Source: Utricularia gibba
Taxonomy: Eukaryota > Plantae > Magnoliophyta
DNA length: 64,000 nucleotides
NCBI GenBank assembly: GCA_002189035.1
Contig: NEEC01000020.1
Span: 806,001 to 870,000, forward strand
Direction: 5' to 3'
The notes under the pieces are model-generated. The model saw only the letters and a list, made by a program, of their open reading frames with translations, made no database searches and had not been told where the DNA came from. The stretch's first letter is position 1, and each line of letters begins with the position of its first letter. Both the position numbers and the translations under genes were made by a program. Below are positions 36,031 through 48,730 of the stretch, in pieces.

Positions 36031-36083
36031 CCCAAACCCTCCAAAACGCCGCCATCCCTTTCTTTACCTGCACAACCCCATCC

Positions 36084-36455
36084 GATATCAAAGCTCTGTT
36101 TGCAGTTCCAGAGCTTAGCGCAGTTGGGAATGGAGATAAATGACATAAAAGAAGAAACTGAAATCACGAATTCCGGTTACGATAGGGGCGGAGGAGGAGG
36201 CAAGATGGTGAAGTTGTGCGTTTTCTGAGGAGACATGAAGGTGGGCTTAAGATCCTGGGCAGGAGGAGAGGATATCAAAGCTCTGTTTGCAGTTCCAGAG
36301 CTTAGTGCAGCTGGGAATGGAGATAAATGACACAAGAGAAGAAACTGAAATCAGGATTTCCGGTCCCGGGAGGCGAGGAAACAAGATGGTGAAGTTGTGC
36401 GTTTTCTGAGGAGACATGAACGAGGGTTAAAGATCCTGGTGCAGGAGGAGAGGAT
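36084..36455. repeat. Tandem duplication, 2 x about 187 bp, in the presumed pri-MIR319 leader
   Basis: GATATCAAAGCTCTGTTTGCAGTTCCAGAGCTTAG starts at 36084 and again at 36271. The copies are highly similar apart from a short divergent core. Confidence 0.92.
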
Positions 36456-36902
36456 AAGAGGGAAGGAACAAAATTGGGCAATAAAATAAGTGTGGGGTTG
36501 CAGCAAAGCGAGGGAGCGAGCAGAAATCACGGGAGCTGGAGGAAGTGAATCATCCAGAATAGACAGAAACAAGCGGCAACCAGCCAACCAAAGGCTCTCA
36601 CATTAGACTGTCAAAATGATGATACGATCGAACACCCGTTGCTTTTTCTATTACACGAGTCAACTTTGGTGGAAAGATGTTACAATATATATTAGAATAA
36701 GTAATCCCATATAATGGAATAAAATTAAAATAATAAATATATAAAAGATTGTATATCAATTGAATTTAATATTTTTTAATGTAATATATGTTATTGTATA
36801 GTTAGATTTTACGTGTGCTAATCTATTCTTCTTAAATCCTTAATTTTAACAATATAAATCATTCAACCAACCTAGGCTGAATACTTACTGCACTAATTTG
36901 AT

Positions 36903-37667
36903 TAGAGTTGGTCATGGATCCGACCTGCAGAGTCAATTGATGGTCAACCTGTGATGGATTCATCTTTAACTCGACCTGGGTACAATCGACCCAAATGCGA
37001 GTCAACTGTAGTAAGTTATTTCAAAAATAAAAAACAACAAATATAATTAAAAAATCATATATCTCACTTTAATGAAAAAACAACAACTTATTCGAAAGAA
37101 AGAACAAATTATGTTAATCCATAATAGTAGCAAAAGAACACGAAAAAGCAATAGCAACCTAATTCATAAAACTCAAAAACACCAGGAAAGATGATAACTT
37201 GAAATAGAGAAGGGAAATTCTTGAGAAAGAATATACATGAATACAAAAACAAAACCTGAAAATTTTGTAGGGAAAACTTACCAACCTAGTTCAAGAGATT
37301 AAATGAACGGTTATAGAGAAAACGATTGTAAAATGTTGTTTGAAGAGCAAAACCTTTAGATCTCTTGAAAAAACAGACAAAGTAAACTAAAAGTATGATG
37401 AAGATGAAATTATTGTAAAAATGAAAATTATGGTAAAAATAGAAGAAAAATATTACATGAATTAAATAAAAAATAGGAAAACGAAGAGGAGAGGACAAAA
37501 ATAAAAACTAGGGTTTTTAAAACACTTAACTCGAAGGGTCAACTCGTATCCATCAAACCATGACCCAACTCATACCTATTATGTACGAGTCACAAGTTGG
37601 GGTCATCAATGGGTCAGCCCATCGGGTTAGTGGGTAGCGGGTTGACCCAAAATCTCACCCACATCTA
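36903..37667. mobile_element. Non-autonomous hAT-superfamily element (765 bp)
   Basis: Perfect 8-bp TSD AATTTGAT (36895-36902 and 37668-37675), ends TAGAGTTG.../...CACATCTA, subterminal GGGTCAAC/GACCC-type repeats at both ends and an AT-rich core. Confidence 0.85.
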
Positions 37668-37979
37668 AATTTGATCATCCAGTGTATTAAAAAAGGTAGA
37701 TTGAATAAGATGTAAACATAACTTCAAACACATATTACCATAACTTAAACAAACCCAAATCACAAATCGTCCAAATCTATACCAACACCATGTTTTATTT
37801 TAATACAAATTGTATACTATATTCAATACATTTTTAATATAAAAAAGCGAGATTTGGTACCTTAGGAAAATATTATAATTAGATTATACGTATTATCATT
37901 TGCAGCGATAATTAAATCATTTTGCTTGATCCGATGAAAAATTAAATATACAAAAGAGAACGGGCCAGATTTATAGGGC

Positions 37980-38079
37980 AGGCCCATTTAATTAAAAAAT
38001 AATAAGCTCAATTAATAATGGGCCTATAGTTTGTGGGCATGGTCCAGGCCGGCCCTTGCCCACTCCTAGAAAAACCCTA
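37980..38079. promoter_or_regulatory. Ribosomal-protein-type promoter: site II motifs and telo-box
   Basis: AGGCCCA at 37980-37986, TGGGCC at 38019-38024, AAACCCTA at 38072-38079. Confidence 0.7.
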
Positions 38080-38133
38080 GCCGCGTCCAAACTGGTTGCT
38101 GTTCTTGAGAAGTTCTCCGCGCCGGCTGTGGCA

Positions 38134-39005
38134 ATGGGTGAGGGATTCGGTCTTCCTGTTCTTCCAATTCATGAGTGTATTCACGTTTGTAATCTGAGTT
38201 TCTTTCTCCGTTTGCTTCATCGTTGTTGCCTCAGGTGCCTACACGTACGTGTCGGAGCTATGGAAGAAGAAGCAATCCGATGTGATGCGTTTTCTTCTCA
38301 GGGTTCGTTGCTGGGAATATCGCCAGCTTCCCTCGATTGTGCGCGTCACTCACCCGACTCGCCCCGACAAGGCGCGTCGACTCGGGTATAAGGCTAAGCA
38401 GGTACACCAGTGAACGCAATTTCCCATCTTTTTTTCCTATTCGTTATAGATTTATATCGTCTTTTGCTTTTCTACAGGGATACGTGATTTATCGTGTTCG
38501 TGTCAGGCGCGGTGGTAGAAAGAGGCCTGTTCCTAAGGGTATTGTTTATGGTAAGCCTACCAATCAGGGAGTTACGCAGCTTAAGTTTCAGAGGAGCAAG
38601 AGGTCTGTTGCGGAGGAGCGCGCTGGTAGGAAGCTGGGTGGCCTTAGGGTTCTGAACTCCTACTGGATCAACGAGGTTTGTGGTTTTAGTAATGTGAACC
38701 TGATTTTTCATATTCTATGTGGGGTGTGGTGCGATTGAGTGATCCATTTCCATTCGCAGGACTCAACCTACAAGTACTTTGAAGTTATACTGATTGACCC
38801 TGCTCATACTGCCGTTCGTAATGATCCCAGAATCAACTGGATTTGCAATCCTGTGCACAAACACAGGGAGCTCCGAGGGCTTACTTCTGCAGGAAAGAAG
38901 TACAGAGGTCTCAGAGGAAAGGGGCATTTGCATCACAAGGCTCGTCCTTCCAGGAGGGCTACCTGGAAAAGAAACCAGACTCTTTCCCTACGCCGTTACC
39001 GTTGA
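38134..39005 (+). CDS. RPL15: 60S ribosomal protein L15 (eL15), 204 aa
   Basis: Exons 38134-38137, 38235-38401, 38478-38675 and 38760-39005 total 615 nt: [32 protein letters not shown]...[14 protein letters not shown]...TLSLRRYR*. Confidence 0.98.
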
Positions 39006-40101
39006 TTTCCCTGAAGTTTTCTCGTGCGTTATTCCCAAGTTCGATCTTGTTTACCGTTGGCTTCATGACTTTTGTTATTCGTTGCTTTGGTTTATCCGGT
39101 AGGATTTTGCTGCTGGATTTAAGAAGGCCATCAGACAATGCTTTTGCTTCAAGTTTAGATTATGTACTTCCTTCATTGAATCTGCCTTGAGTCATATTAT
39201 GCAGCTTGATCACATCACACGTCCATGCGTTAGGAAACTGTTATCCCATCTGAAACATTGCAGGCAACTTTGAACAGATTTAATCACCGAAGGCCGAGAT
39301 GCCTTGGTGCCACTTCTGTTTGATCCTAGGATGACTAAGGGATGCTGTGGTATCAGCAGACTCCACCCACTTTACTAGCTTGGCCTATTGTTTGTGGCCT
39401 CACCTGAGCATACAGCCTTGGATTAGGAAATGCTTAGACAAGAGCGTTTCACACGCTGATTCTTCTACATTTTCTCTCGTTTGACATTGTTATAGAATGT
39501 TTATTAAAGCTTCATGGACGAAGGTTTGTAGTCATAGGGGCTGCCTGTTTTGCCTTCTGGGAGTTGTACAGTGTATGGCCACCATTTCGAGCCTCTTCTT
39601 CCCTCCTGCGATCGGGGCTTCCTTCCCTTGATAAGTCTGCCAATGGTTATAATCTACCCAGCCAATTTGACCATCTGCACTGGAGTAGCAGCTGATGCTT
39701 ACAACAGCTAAAGACCAAAAAGGAAAACATCAGCTGCTGCTTTTGCTTGTGAGTTTATGATGAATGGAGCACTAGAGTACAGACAGACACACTACACTAA
39801 AACCTTAGAATTCTAATGCAGGTAGCTTCCTTCTCAACGACAGCCCATGGATTTTCCACCTGCAACCAGTTCGCATAAAGCGACTAACAATTGTACTTTT
39901 AATCTCAGGAGGGTTGAACCGAATACCTACCAAAAGGTGCAGATGGAGCAAGAAAGGTGAACTCTTGGCACAAAGCACCTAATGCCATCCACGTTTCACT
40001 CAACCAACGTACACGTGAAGCACCCTCCTGGACCTTCTTCACTCACAGGAAGCCAATTTTCATATAAAGCAGGCGTTTTTTTTCATGGGCGTTGAGAAAC
40101 A

Positions 40102-40534
40102 GTGACGATGGGAGCCCCCGGAAGGAAATTTGCTGCAATAGTGTGCATGAGCCTCATCATGGTCATGTTCAATGCCGGCGCTGCGGTGGCCCAGTGCAGA
40201 GGCGACCTTCAAGGGCTCATAAAGCTGTGCGGCAGGTACGTGAAGAAAGATGGGCCGAGGGAGAATCCGTCGACGGCGTGCTGCAGCGTCGTCCGAAACG
40301 TCGACGTCCCCTGCGTCTGCGCGCACATGCCGCTGCAGGCCGATGGAATGATCAGCATGCCCAAGGCAATGTTCGTCGTCACTGCATGCGGCACACACCT
40401 TCCTCCTGGCTACAAATGCGGAAGTAAGTACTGATGTAGGAGACAGAGCTGATGAATGAACAAAACCATCGCCTTTTGTAGGCTAAAGGTGTGCCCTTTT
40501 TGCAGGTTACAGGATTCCAGCAAACCAGGTTTGA
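40102..40534 (+). CDS. Non-specific lipid-transfer protein / prolamin 8-Cys family secreted protein
   Basis: Signal peptide, then QCRGDLQGLIKLC...CC...CVC...CG...KCGS. A phase-1 intron at 40424-40505 gives the GSYRIP ending typical of this subgroup (stop at 40532-40534). The start may be ATG 40108. Confidence 0.88.
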
Positions 40535-40702
40535 TCAAGAAAGAACAACAATGGCTAATGAAATTCTGCTTCTGTATTGAAATGAATCCTTTCAATCCAT
40601 GTGCTATTTATGGCTGCTTACTAAAGAACAACTGAGGCCCAGAGCTTCATTGAATCTATGAAATGCTTTGTATTTACTTAGCATCTGTGATGCTGGGGGA
40701 TA

Positions 40703-42480
40703 CTATTGACTGTGTCTGGCCCTGACTAGTGTTTTCACCATCCCTTTGGCAATTTTGCTGAACCAGAAGATGTTCATCGTTGCTATGACTGGGGCACACA
40801 CATCAGTGTGTAGAAACACACTGGAGAAACCTGTTTCACCTGAAGAAACAAAACTCACATTTTATCAGCACACCATTTGCAACTGCATCTACAATCACCT
40901 CTATTGAGTTCACTAAACCTGATCGAAATTGGTATAAATATGCCACAAGAGGTAGACGAACAGAATGATCCTTGCTGCCTGAAGATCAACAAGTTGGTAT
41001 CAGGCTAAAGTGCGGGAGGCAATGTGATAGATTTTGGTTCATCATCATACCAGCCAGCCTAGGAACAACGCCACACCATTCCATATGTAGATTTTCGAAC
41101 TCTTGAGGCCAGCAACATCAAGGTACCTGCGTTGATTGGAATCTCAATGGCAAGAACGTCACCAGTATTTCTCATTTCTTCAAAAGCTTACTCACCATCT
41201 TAAATTGACAAATGGAGTTGTAGCCTCAGTGAAGAGGACCATGAGTGTGTAAATGTGCGCTTGATGGAGTACAAGCGCCTGAGTTATTGAGAACAATGAA
41301 AGCCCGTGATGTATGAGCTACGAAAACACCCAAGTACGCATGTCAGTATCATGCATACACAACTCTGACTGGAGGAATCAATGTTGTCATGGTGGCTGAG
41401 TTTTGGGTGTGCATACTTACATACTCAGAACCACCTAAAGCAGGATAGCAATAGAGAATCATGGCCAAGTCTGATATGAAGTACCCGATGGAAAACTGTA
41501 TCAACAGAACAGATCAAAATGAAGAGACTGCAGTTAACTGAACTTCGCTTAGCTACTGTATATACACATACCCCGAATACGGTTTCTGACAAAATTGAAG
41601 TTTTAAACACTGCAGGTTCATCTTGTGAGCCGTTAAAGAGACCTGATGCCAGGAGGTACAAACAACCTGCTGCCACAACAATGGAATGGAAAGTGGAGAA
41701 GCCCCTGCACCGTGGACATGGAACAGTATACTGGGTTTTGCAAATAATGACCAGTTATAACAAAGTGCAATTTTCAGGAAGTGAAAAGGAGAATGAGGAT
41801 AGAACAGTACCTGTTATTCCATTCTATTCTCTGTTTAGTGCTAAGTTTTCTGTATCCCTTTACAAATCCTGTGCTGATAGTACTTGTTAAATTATAGACC
41901 TTCAGATACAGAAACAAATATGGTTTTATGAACAAGCATTAAACAGGAGCAACAATACAGAGTCACTCTATTTGCATTCCGGTTCTATCTAATCCGGAAG
42001 AAACCTAAATGCAAATGAGGGGAGGAAAAGCCTAGCACCACACAACAGAAGGGATGAAACTGTGAATTCGATCAGAAATCCTGTAGGCTCAAACCACAAA
42101 TTTACCCAAGTCGGTTACCACTCTGGATCTTTCTCTTCCAAGGCGATATAATTCAACCATAAAGTTTGCTTGATTACAAGGAACATACTTCAAAAACTTG
42201 GATCATAGAGCAGCGAGTGAGAGATATAAAGCAAGAAATCTTAATGATAACAATACCCAATAAAGCACACAAGAAATCAAACTACTACATAGAAAAAAAA
42301 TTACTGAAAGGCTGCATGCGCATCAAAACAAGTTTTTGGCAGTAGACCAAACAAAAATGGAAAAAGAAAAACTGAAAATCGATGCAGGCTCACAATTTTG
42401 CAAATCAACACGCCGGCCAATATCGATGAACCCCACCAGAGTTCCTTGGCTGTGGAATAAATTTCCATGTCCAAGAACAT
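40703..42480 (-). CDS. TLC (TRAM/LAG1/CLN8) lipid-sensing domain membrane protein, TMEM56-like, 8 coding exons
   Basis: Spliced translation: GYRKLSTKQRIEWNNR|GFSTFHS; SIGYFISDLAMI; LIHHGLSLFS; LFTEATTPFVNLRW|YLDVAG; NGVALFLGWL; MNIFWFSKIAKGMVKTL...RHSQ*. All introns are GT-AG; a 5'UTR intron is likely. Confidence 0.92.
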
Positions 42481-44542
42481 GGCCTCCCGTCTCGCTGCAG
42501 AAATAAGTGGGCTAAACAAAACCCACAAAGCGAAATCAATATCAAAGCAAGTTTCATAAAGTCATCAAACTTTCTCACTCGTACCTTCCTTCACAAGAAA
42601 CCCCGAAAAGGGTACCAAAAATGCCGTGTGCGTTTGACGCCCCAGATGCGATGATTATCAAGTACGAACCGGGGATCCCGAACCAGAAAAGACGTGTGAC
42701 TTACAAACACCTGATCCCTTTATCTTGCTTTTGCTTGTTCATGATAGGCAATAAGCTTGCAAAATCATGGAGGAAAGGTATCAGAAATTCGAGGATCATC
42801 CGAGGTGGCGAAGTTTATCTAAAACAGCCAAAGACTTGATGGCAAAAGGCAAAGGGGAATGAGGATGGCGATAGGTCTTCTAACCTATTCAAGCGCCAAG
42901 CCTCAAACTGTGTGCAGTTGTACGAACACCATGGATGCATCCATTCCCAAACTCCCATTAAATATGTATATTTTGTTATTTTTCTAAAATATATACATAT
43001 ATATATATATCAAAGATTCTTCAATTTTTTTAACAATTTATCATATAATTTATAAAATTATATATTTAATTTATTATTGATAGGGTATAAATCAGGTAAA
43101 TATAATTGATTTCTAAAAGTCTATCAAAATGAACTTTGATGGGATAGCGCCAACCAACAGATCGATATATGTCAGAAATTTGACAGCGTCAATTGTATGA
43201 CACAATTTGAAAAGTGATCGAATCATAATAAAATAGATGACGATCATCTTAAAAGTAAGATCACAGTACAAGTACAGAAAGCAACCAACACCTATAGAAC
43301 TCATAATTCGATCAGATCAATCTATTCTATAAGTAGGGGAAATTCCGAAGAGCAGGGGGTTCGACTCCAAGCCTGCCAACTTGTATCTTCCCCCATCAAC
43401 TCCGTTTAGTGAAGAATTTTCCGATGAGTTCCAACAGCTCCATGGTTTTTCCGTTCTTCAACGGTTTTCATGTAAAAAATCTATGCACATCTTTATTTCT
43501 GCTAACCGAATCGAGCAAAACTCCAGAAACTTAACCAGGTGTGGCATATCCGGCTGCACCCATAACTTGAAAATCGGCCTACTCTCGAATAACGATTTTC
43601 ACCCACAACAATTATGTTATTAAAATTAATTGATTTTGATTTTAATGTCATTATAACCTCATTTTAATCCCTCATGTTAATATCAATGTTCAATACGGAT
43701 CAACACATATCATGAGATACGAATGTAATATAATCCTAATATATGTATTATTTGATTCGTCAAATTCTAGATGTAAATGTGAAAAATCTTAATACAAAAT
43801 TTTCTTAAATTGGAAATCAAAATTAGTTCATTTTTTAAAGATTTTGAAAATATTGGATCTTTATTGTATGGTTTTGACAAATTGAAACATGTTTGTTGTA
43901 ATTTTGAAAATTAGAAATTAAAGCTATTTATAATGATCGAAACTTGAAGTATTTTTTTATAATTTTTCTTTTTTAAATTTGTATTCAAATAATCTTTAGA
44001 TTTTGTTGGGAAAATCAATTTTCGAGAAATACTTCTAAAAGATTAAAAGTTAAGATATTTCAATTTTTAAAAAATGAGAAACATTTATTTTTAAAGTAAA
44101 ATTCATTCATATTTGATAATAAAACTATATGCAACACATCTCCAAATACATAAACTGTTTAAATAGAACCTTTGATATCTTCTGCTTCTCAACAAATACA
44201 ACGAAATTAATTTAATTATTAAATATGAAAGATTTATATTTAAAAAATAAAAAAATGAAAAATTTAAGTTTTATTAAAAAATTTTCTGGAAATAACATTT
44301 TGAAATAGAACTAAGGAAAACCTTGGTCTTCAATCCGAGTTTACATGACTTTTTGTGTCCACGAGATGCTGAAAAAATCCATTATTATGTGGAACAATAT
44401 CAAGCTCTGGTCTCCCTGCCAGAAAACCAGGTTCATGCAGGCTTTCCATGTCTTCTTAGAAAAAAAAAAAAACTGAACTTTTTGATTGGATGGTCCTCGA
44501 CGGTTCTGATGAAAACCAATCTTCCAGGCGAGAGACACAACA

Positions 44543-46204
44543 TCATGATGAGCCTTTTCCGTTCTTGACTGTTTCGTGCACAGCAGAAAAGTCCAGTTCT
44601 CCCAATCCCAAGCCTCTAGCTTTCTTGAACGCCTGATTTCAGAGCGTGAGGAACTCAATACATGGGAGGTGAAGGCAAAGTTCGTTTGTGGAAACAACAA
44701 ATGTTCTACCTCATTTGCAGCAGCTGCAACCGGCATTGAAACTGAGTTTTCATCGCCGAGCGCTAGAGCCAACCTCATATCTTTCTGTTGGTGTTTCAAG
44801 GGAAATGCTGGGGTGTAACTGCCCTGGATCATTGAAGGTCCCTTGAGCTTGAACATGGGATTTGCTATGGCTCCAAGATCCTGCCATTTGAGAAAGAGGT
44901 CTCTTTTCAGTTGCTGAATAGAAGTATGGGGTGTCTGATATCTTTCGAAGGTTCAACAACAACCTTACCAATACATCAAGAAGTGTTTGAGGACTCAGTC
45001 CACTCTTGTCAGCAAGAACCAGTCCCTCAGAAAAAGCATTCATCATGCTGCAATACGAGTATTTCGATTTTGGGGAAAAAAAAAATGTATCTATCTGTTT
45101 TCAATAGGTTCTCGTGGTTGGTTACCTGCCCATTATCATGTTGACAACAAGCTTCATTTTTGCTCCATTTCCAACTTCTCCCAAGTAAAAGGCCCTTTTC
45201 CCCAGTATGTCAAAAGCAGGAACTGCTGCTTCATACAGTCCCTGCAGATATTGCAAGGGGTAGAGGTGAAACAACGTCACTAACTACTCACTTCAAATGA
45301 ACCACAGAATGCAAAAACCAAAAAAAAAAAAAAAAAAAACAGGAAAAATGTAAGGATTCTCGCCTTGTCTCCAGCTGCAAGGATAACTAGTTGGCCATCT
45401 TCTGCTGGCTTCTTGCTACCCGAAACCGGAGCTTCAACAAAGCAACCCCCTCGTGACTGAATTGCCTGAATCCGCCATTGAATATATGGGTATTAGTACT
45501 ATATGAGCCATACATACAAAGGACCCCATGCAAGGAAACTCTACCAAGAACCATTTCTTATATGTGACGAAACAAAACTGTATTCAGTGCTTCCTCTGAG
45601 TTCAACGAGTTCAAGTCTGAGTAACCACATAGAAGATATATACCAGCAGAAATGAGAACGATTCCCTTAGAAAGCAGATAAAACTTATCCCGATTCAAAC
45701 CTCACTGATCTTTGAAGAAGTCTCAGCATCAACAGTTGACATATCAATGTATCCCTTCCCCGAACCAATCTTCTCAAGCACACCGTCCTTACCAAAGACA
45801 ACCTGTTTATCAATCAGGCATTCAACTCAAGATTCCTACAAACCGCCGTTAGCAGCAACAATTTTATGTAAATGCATATTGAAAAGCAACCGATAAAGCA
45901 GCAGCAGGATCAGACAACATCGCGATCGTGTACTTGCATCTACTGATTACTGCAGCAGGAGTTTCACCCAATTTAGCTCCTTGTTCTACCAACTCGTCAC
46001 ACTACAAGAAGAGCCACAACAAAATAGCCTGAGCACAAGCTACGTTTCCCACCAATAACAGAAAATACGAAAGCATCAAGAAGCAATCTAGAGTACCCGG
46101 GAGAGAGTGCGGTTCCAAACCGTGAGTTTGAAGCCGTGGCGAAGCAAACGCGTGGCCATGGCTTTTCCCATTATCCCCAACCCTAAAAACCCAATTTCCT
46201 CCAT
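44543..46204 (-). CDS. GLYR1: Glyoxylate/succinic semialdehyde reductase 1 (cytosolic), 8 exons
   Basis: [16 protein letters not shown] (Rossmann motif); AMLSDP; DMSTVD; [16 protein letters not shown]; [16 protein letters not shown]; [20 protein letters not shown]. No transit peptide. One intron needs a GC donor. Confidence 0.95.
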
Positions 46205-46307
46205 GAAATCTCACCAACGAATCCGAAGCAATGGAGACCCAACAAGGAGAAGAACGACCTCTTTCAGCCAGAAGTTGATTCTTATAGCCTTGGAGGAGGA
46301 GATCTTT

Positions 46308-46310
<3 letters not shown>

Positions 46311-46338
<28 letters not shown>
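46311..46338. repeat. Poly(T)28 tract upstream of GLYR1
   Basis: 28 consecutive T counted directly. Confidence 0.9.
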
Positions 46339-48169
46339 GCGTGGTTCCTCGTTCTGGACTGTGATTGGCCCTTTATCCGTTGTTGTGGGAGAGTGGCTAA
46401 GTGGACTGTGGAGATTCCAGTTGGGATTAGTGGGCCCCATGGATGTTTGGATTAAAAAAAGATTCAATTAAATATAAGAATCATGTGATCCATAACCCAT
46501 ATTCGGTCATTTTTGTTTGGATACCCGACCCGAACCCATGGGTTTCGGGACAAAAATTAAACTAATTGTAGATGCTTTATTCATATTATATGATGAACCA
46601 TCCCAAGATGATGAATAATATTTGAAGAATAATAATTATATTGCACAAACAAATACTTTGGATAACAGGATTATTTTACTTGAACTAATTACAATAAGTA
46701 AGAACAATAATATTAAAACTACACTTGAATCTCTACTTAACAATATTGAATTAAAACTTAGACTAAAGTTTTTATGTTCAACTAATTGAAAGTAAATCTA
46801 TCTTAAATCTTGAAATGTGTTTTCATATGTGATATGTGCTATTGGAATTGATGAACATTTCTTTTTATTTAATTTAGATTTAATAATATTATTTTCAAAT
46901 TGTAGAGTATGAATATTTTAAAGATATACTCTTTATAGAACTTTTGGTTTGTTTTATAAATCTTATTAGAAATTCTCTATTTTCTAAATGCTTAGAATAC
47001 TTTTGATTTATGTCTTTCAATTAATAGTATCCAAATATTATTACTCTCAATTTCTTCTCATTTTGAACTATAGTACCTAATTTTCTCATTTCTTTCATAG
47101 TCTATTATTTTGAAGATAAACTTGGATGAGTTCTTTTTTAAATGTTGATTTTTCTTATATTTGTGGGTTGTTAATCTTTTTTAGAATAAAGAATCACATC
47201 ATTTTGTTTTAAAGCTTTGAAATTACTTATATTTATCATTATTTTGTTTTCTTTTGATCTTAATTTTAGTTCTTCTCCTCCTCATTATTAAAAAAAAAGA
47301 TTTCCAATGAAGTAAACAAAAAAAAAAAAAAATAGAGTTATAGCTTTCTCTATATTTTAGGCTTTAATAAAGCAAAAAAAAAAGAGTCGAAATTAAGTTT
47401 ATTCAGGAGGAGTTCTAGATTCACTCTTAGTAGAGTAGCAATAACATCGTGAAGATCAATTGCAAATGTGTAAAAAAAAAAACAGGAGTAAAATTAAACA
47501 TCTATTTTTTTGTTATTTAATATAATTGTCATTTCATTATAAAAATCTCTTTGTTTATTACTTATTTTTCTATTTCATCCATTCCGACAATCTACATATT
47601 TCTTATTGTTTTCTTTTATTTTAATCACTCATTCATTATTATTCACTTGTCACTATTATCTTATTAAAAAAAACTTTTTTTGATATTGTACATTCCTCTA
47701 TTTTATCTTAAAATAAGAAAATATTTCTTCTTCATTTCATTTATTTCAATCACTCATCTTTTATTATTCACTTGTTACTATTACCTCATTTTAAAATTTT
47801 CTTTTTTAATGTCATTCCTCTAATTCATCTTCTCTTTTGTTTATTATTCATCTCTTTTATTCATTTAATTCAACAAACAACCAACTTATTGATCTTATTT
47901 TAATTCAACCTCTCTCTTTTGTTTCTATCTTGACTCAATTATAACTTTTGACTTTATGTAATCTCATCATAACACTATAACCCTTACCAATATGAAAGTG
48001 ATTTAATTATTGGAATATTATGAAATCTAGTACGAAAATATTAAAGTTTGAGAATTGAGTGGTAAAAGCTACATATGATTTCTTTATTATTTCTATTTAT
48101 TTTCTTTTATTTCTTGCTACTTGTTTCTTTTCTTTTGTTTTTTAGAATGTCAAATTCAAAAGGTAACAT

Positions 48170-48730
48170 GAGAAAGATGACTCGTCAAATGAAAAGTTTA
48201 CTTTGAGAATTATGGAACCAGAATTTGCAAGATTGCAACATATTTTAGAAAATATCAATGATAAACTTAATGAACACAAAAATTCTCTTCAAAATTTTGG
48301 AAGAATCCAAGATATGCAAAATAATCATACTGCTAAAAGAGGTCAAAGTGTGTGAATGTCTCAATGCAATTATAGTGAACTTGATTTTAGTAATCAATGA
48401 AATGAAAGTAACATTGGAAGAAGAGATAAAATCCAGAATGATAATGATGATATGTATTTTGAGTAGGGTGAAAATGAGAATATAAATGAAGATAAAAAAT
48501 AATTTCAAGACCAAGTAGTTAGAAGAGAGAGCACAAAAAATGATAGAAATATTAATAATATTAAATTGAAAATTGTTCAATTTAAAACAGAATGATCCAA
48601 ATACTTATCTATAATGAAAAATTCGAATAGAACATGTTTTTTTTATTGTAACAATTACTATGAAGTAAAGAAAATCAAATTAACTTCCATGAAATTTATC
48701 AATTATGCTTTAATTTGGTGGAATCATTTT
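48170..48730 (+). mobile_element. Degenerate Ty3/Gypsy (CRM-like) gag remnant
   Basis: DRNINNIKLKI..F / NDPNTYL**KIRIEHVF.CNNY.EVKKIKL...FINYALIWWN matches the gag pattern IKLKIPxFxGxNDPEAYLEWExKxExVFxCHNYSExKKVKLAxxEFxxYALxWW, with stops and a frameshift. Confidence 0.72.

Noticed and set aside
39500-39700. Coding-like minus-strand stretch between RPL15 and the LTP gene
   Set aside because: Short frames with no recognisable family and no supportable start or exon chain.
43358-43368. Pol III B-box-like GGTTCGACTCC (possible tRNA or SINE)
   Set aside because: No A-box at a suitable distance, no cloverleaf could be folded, and no poly(A/T) tail or TSD was found.
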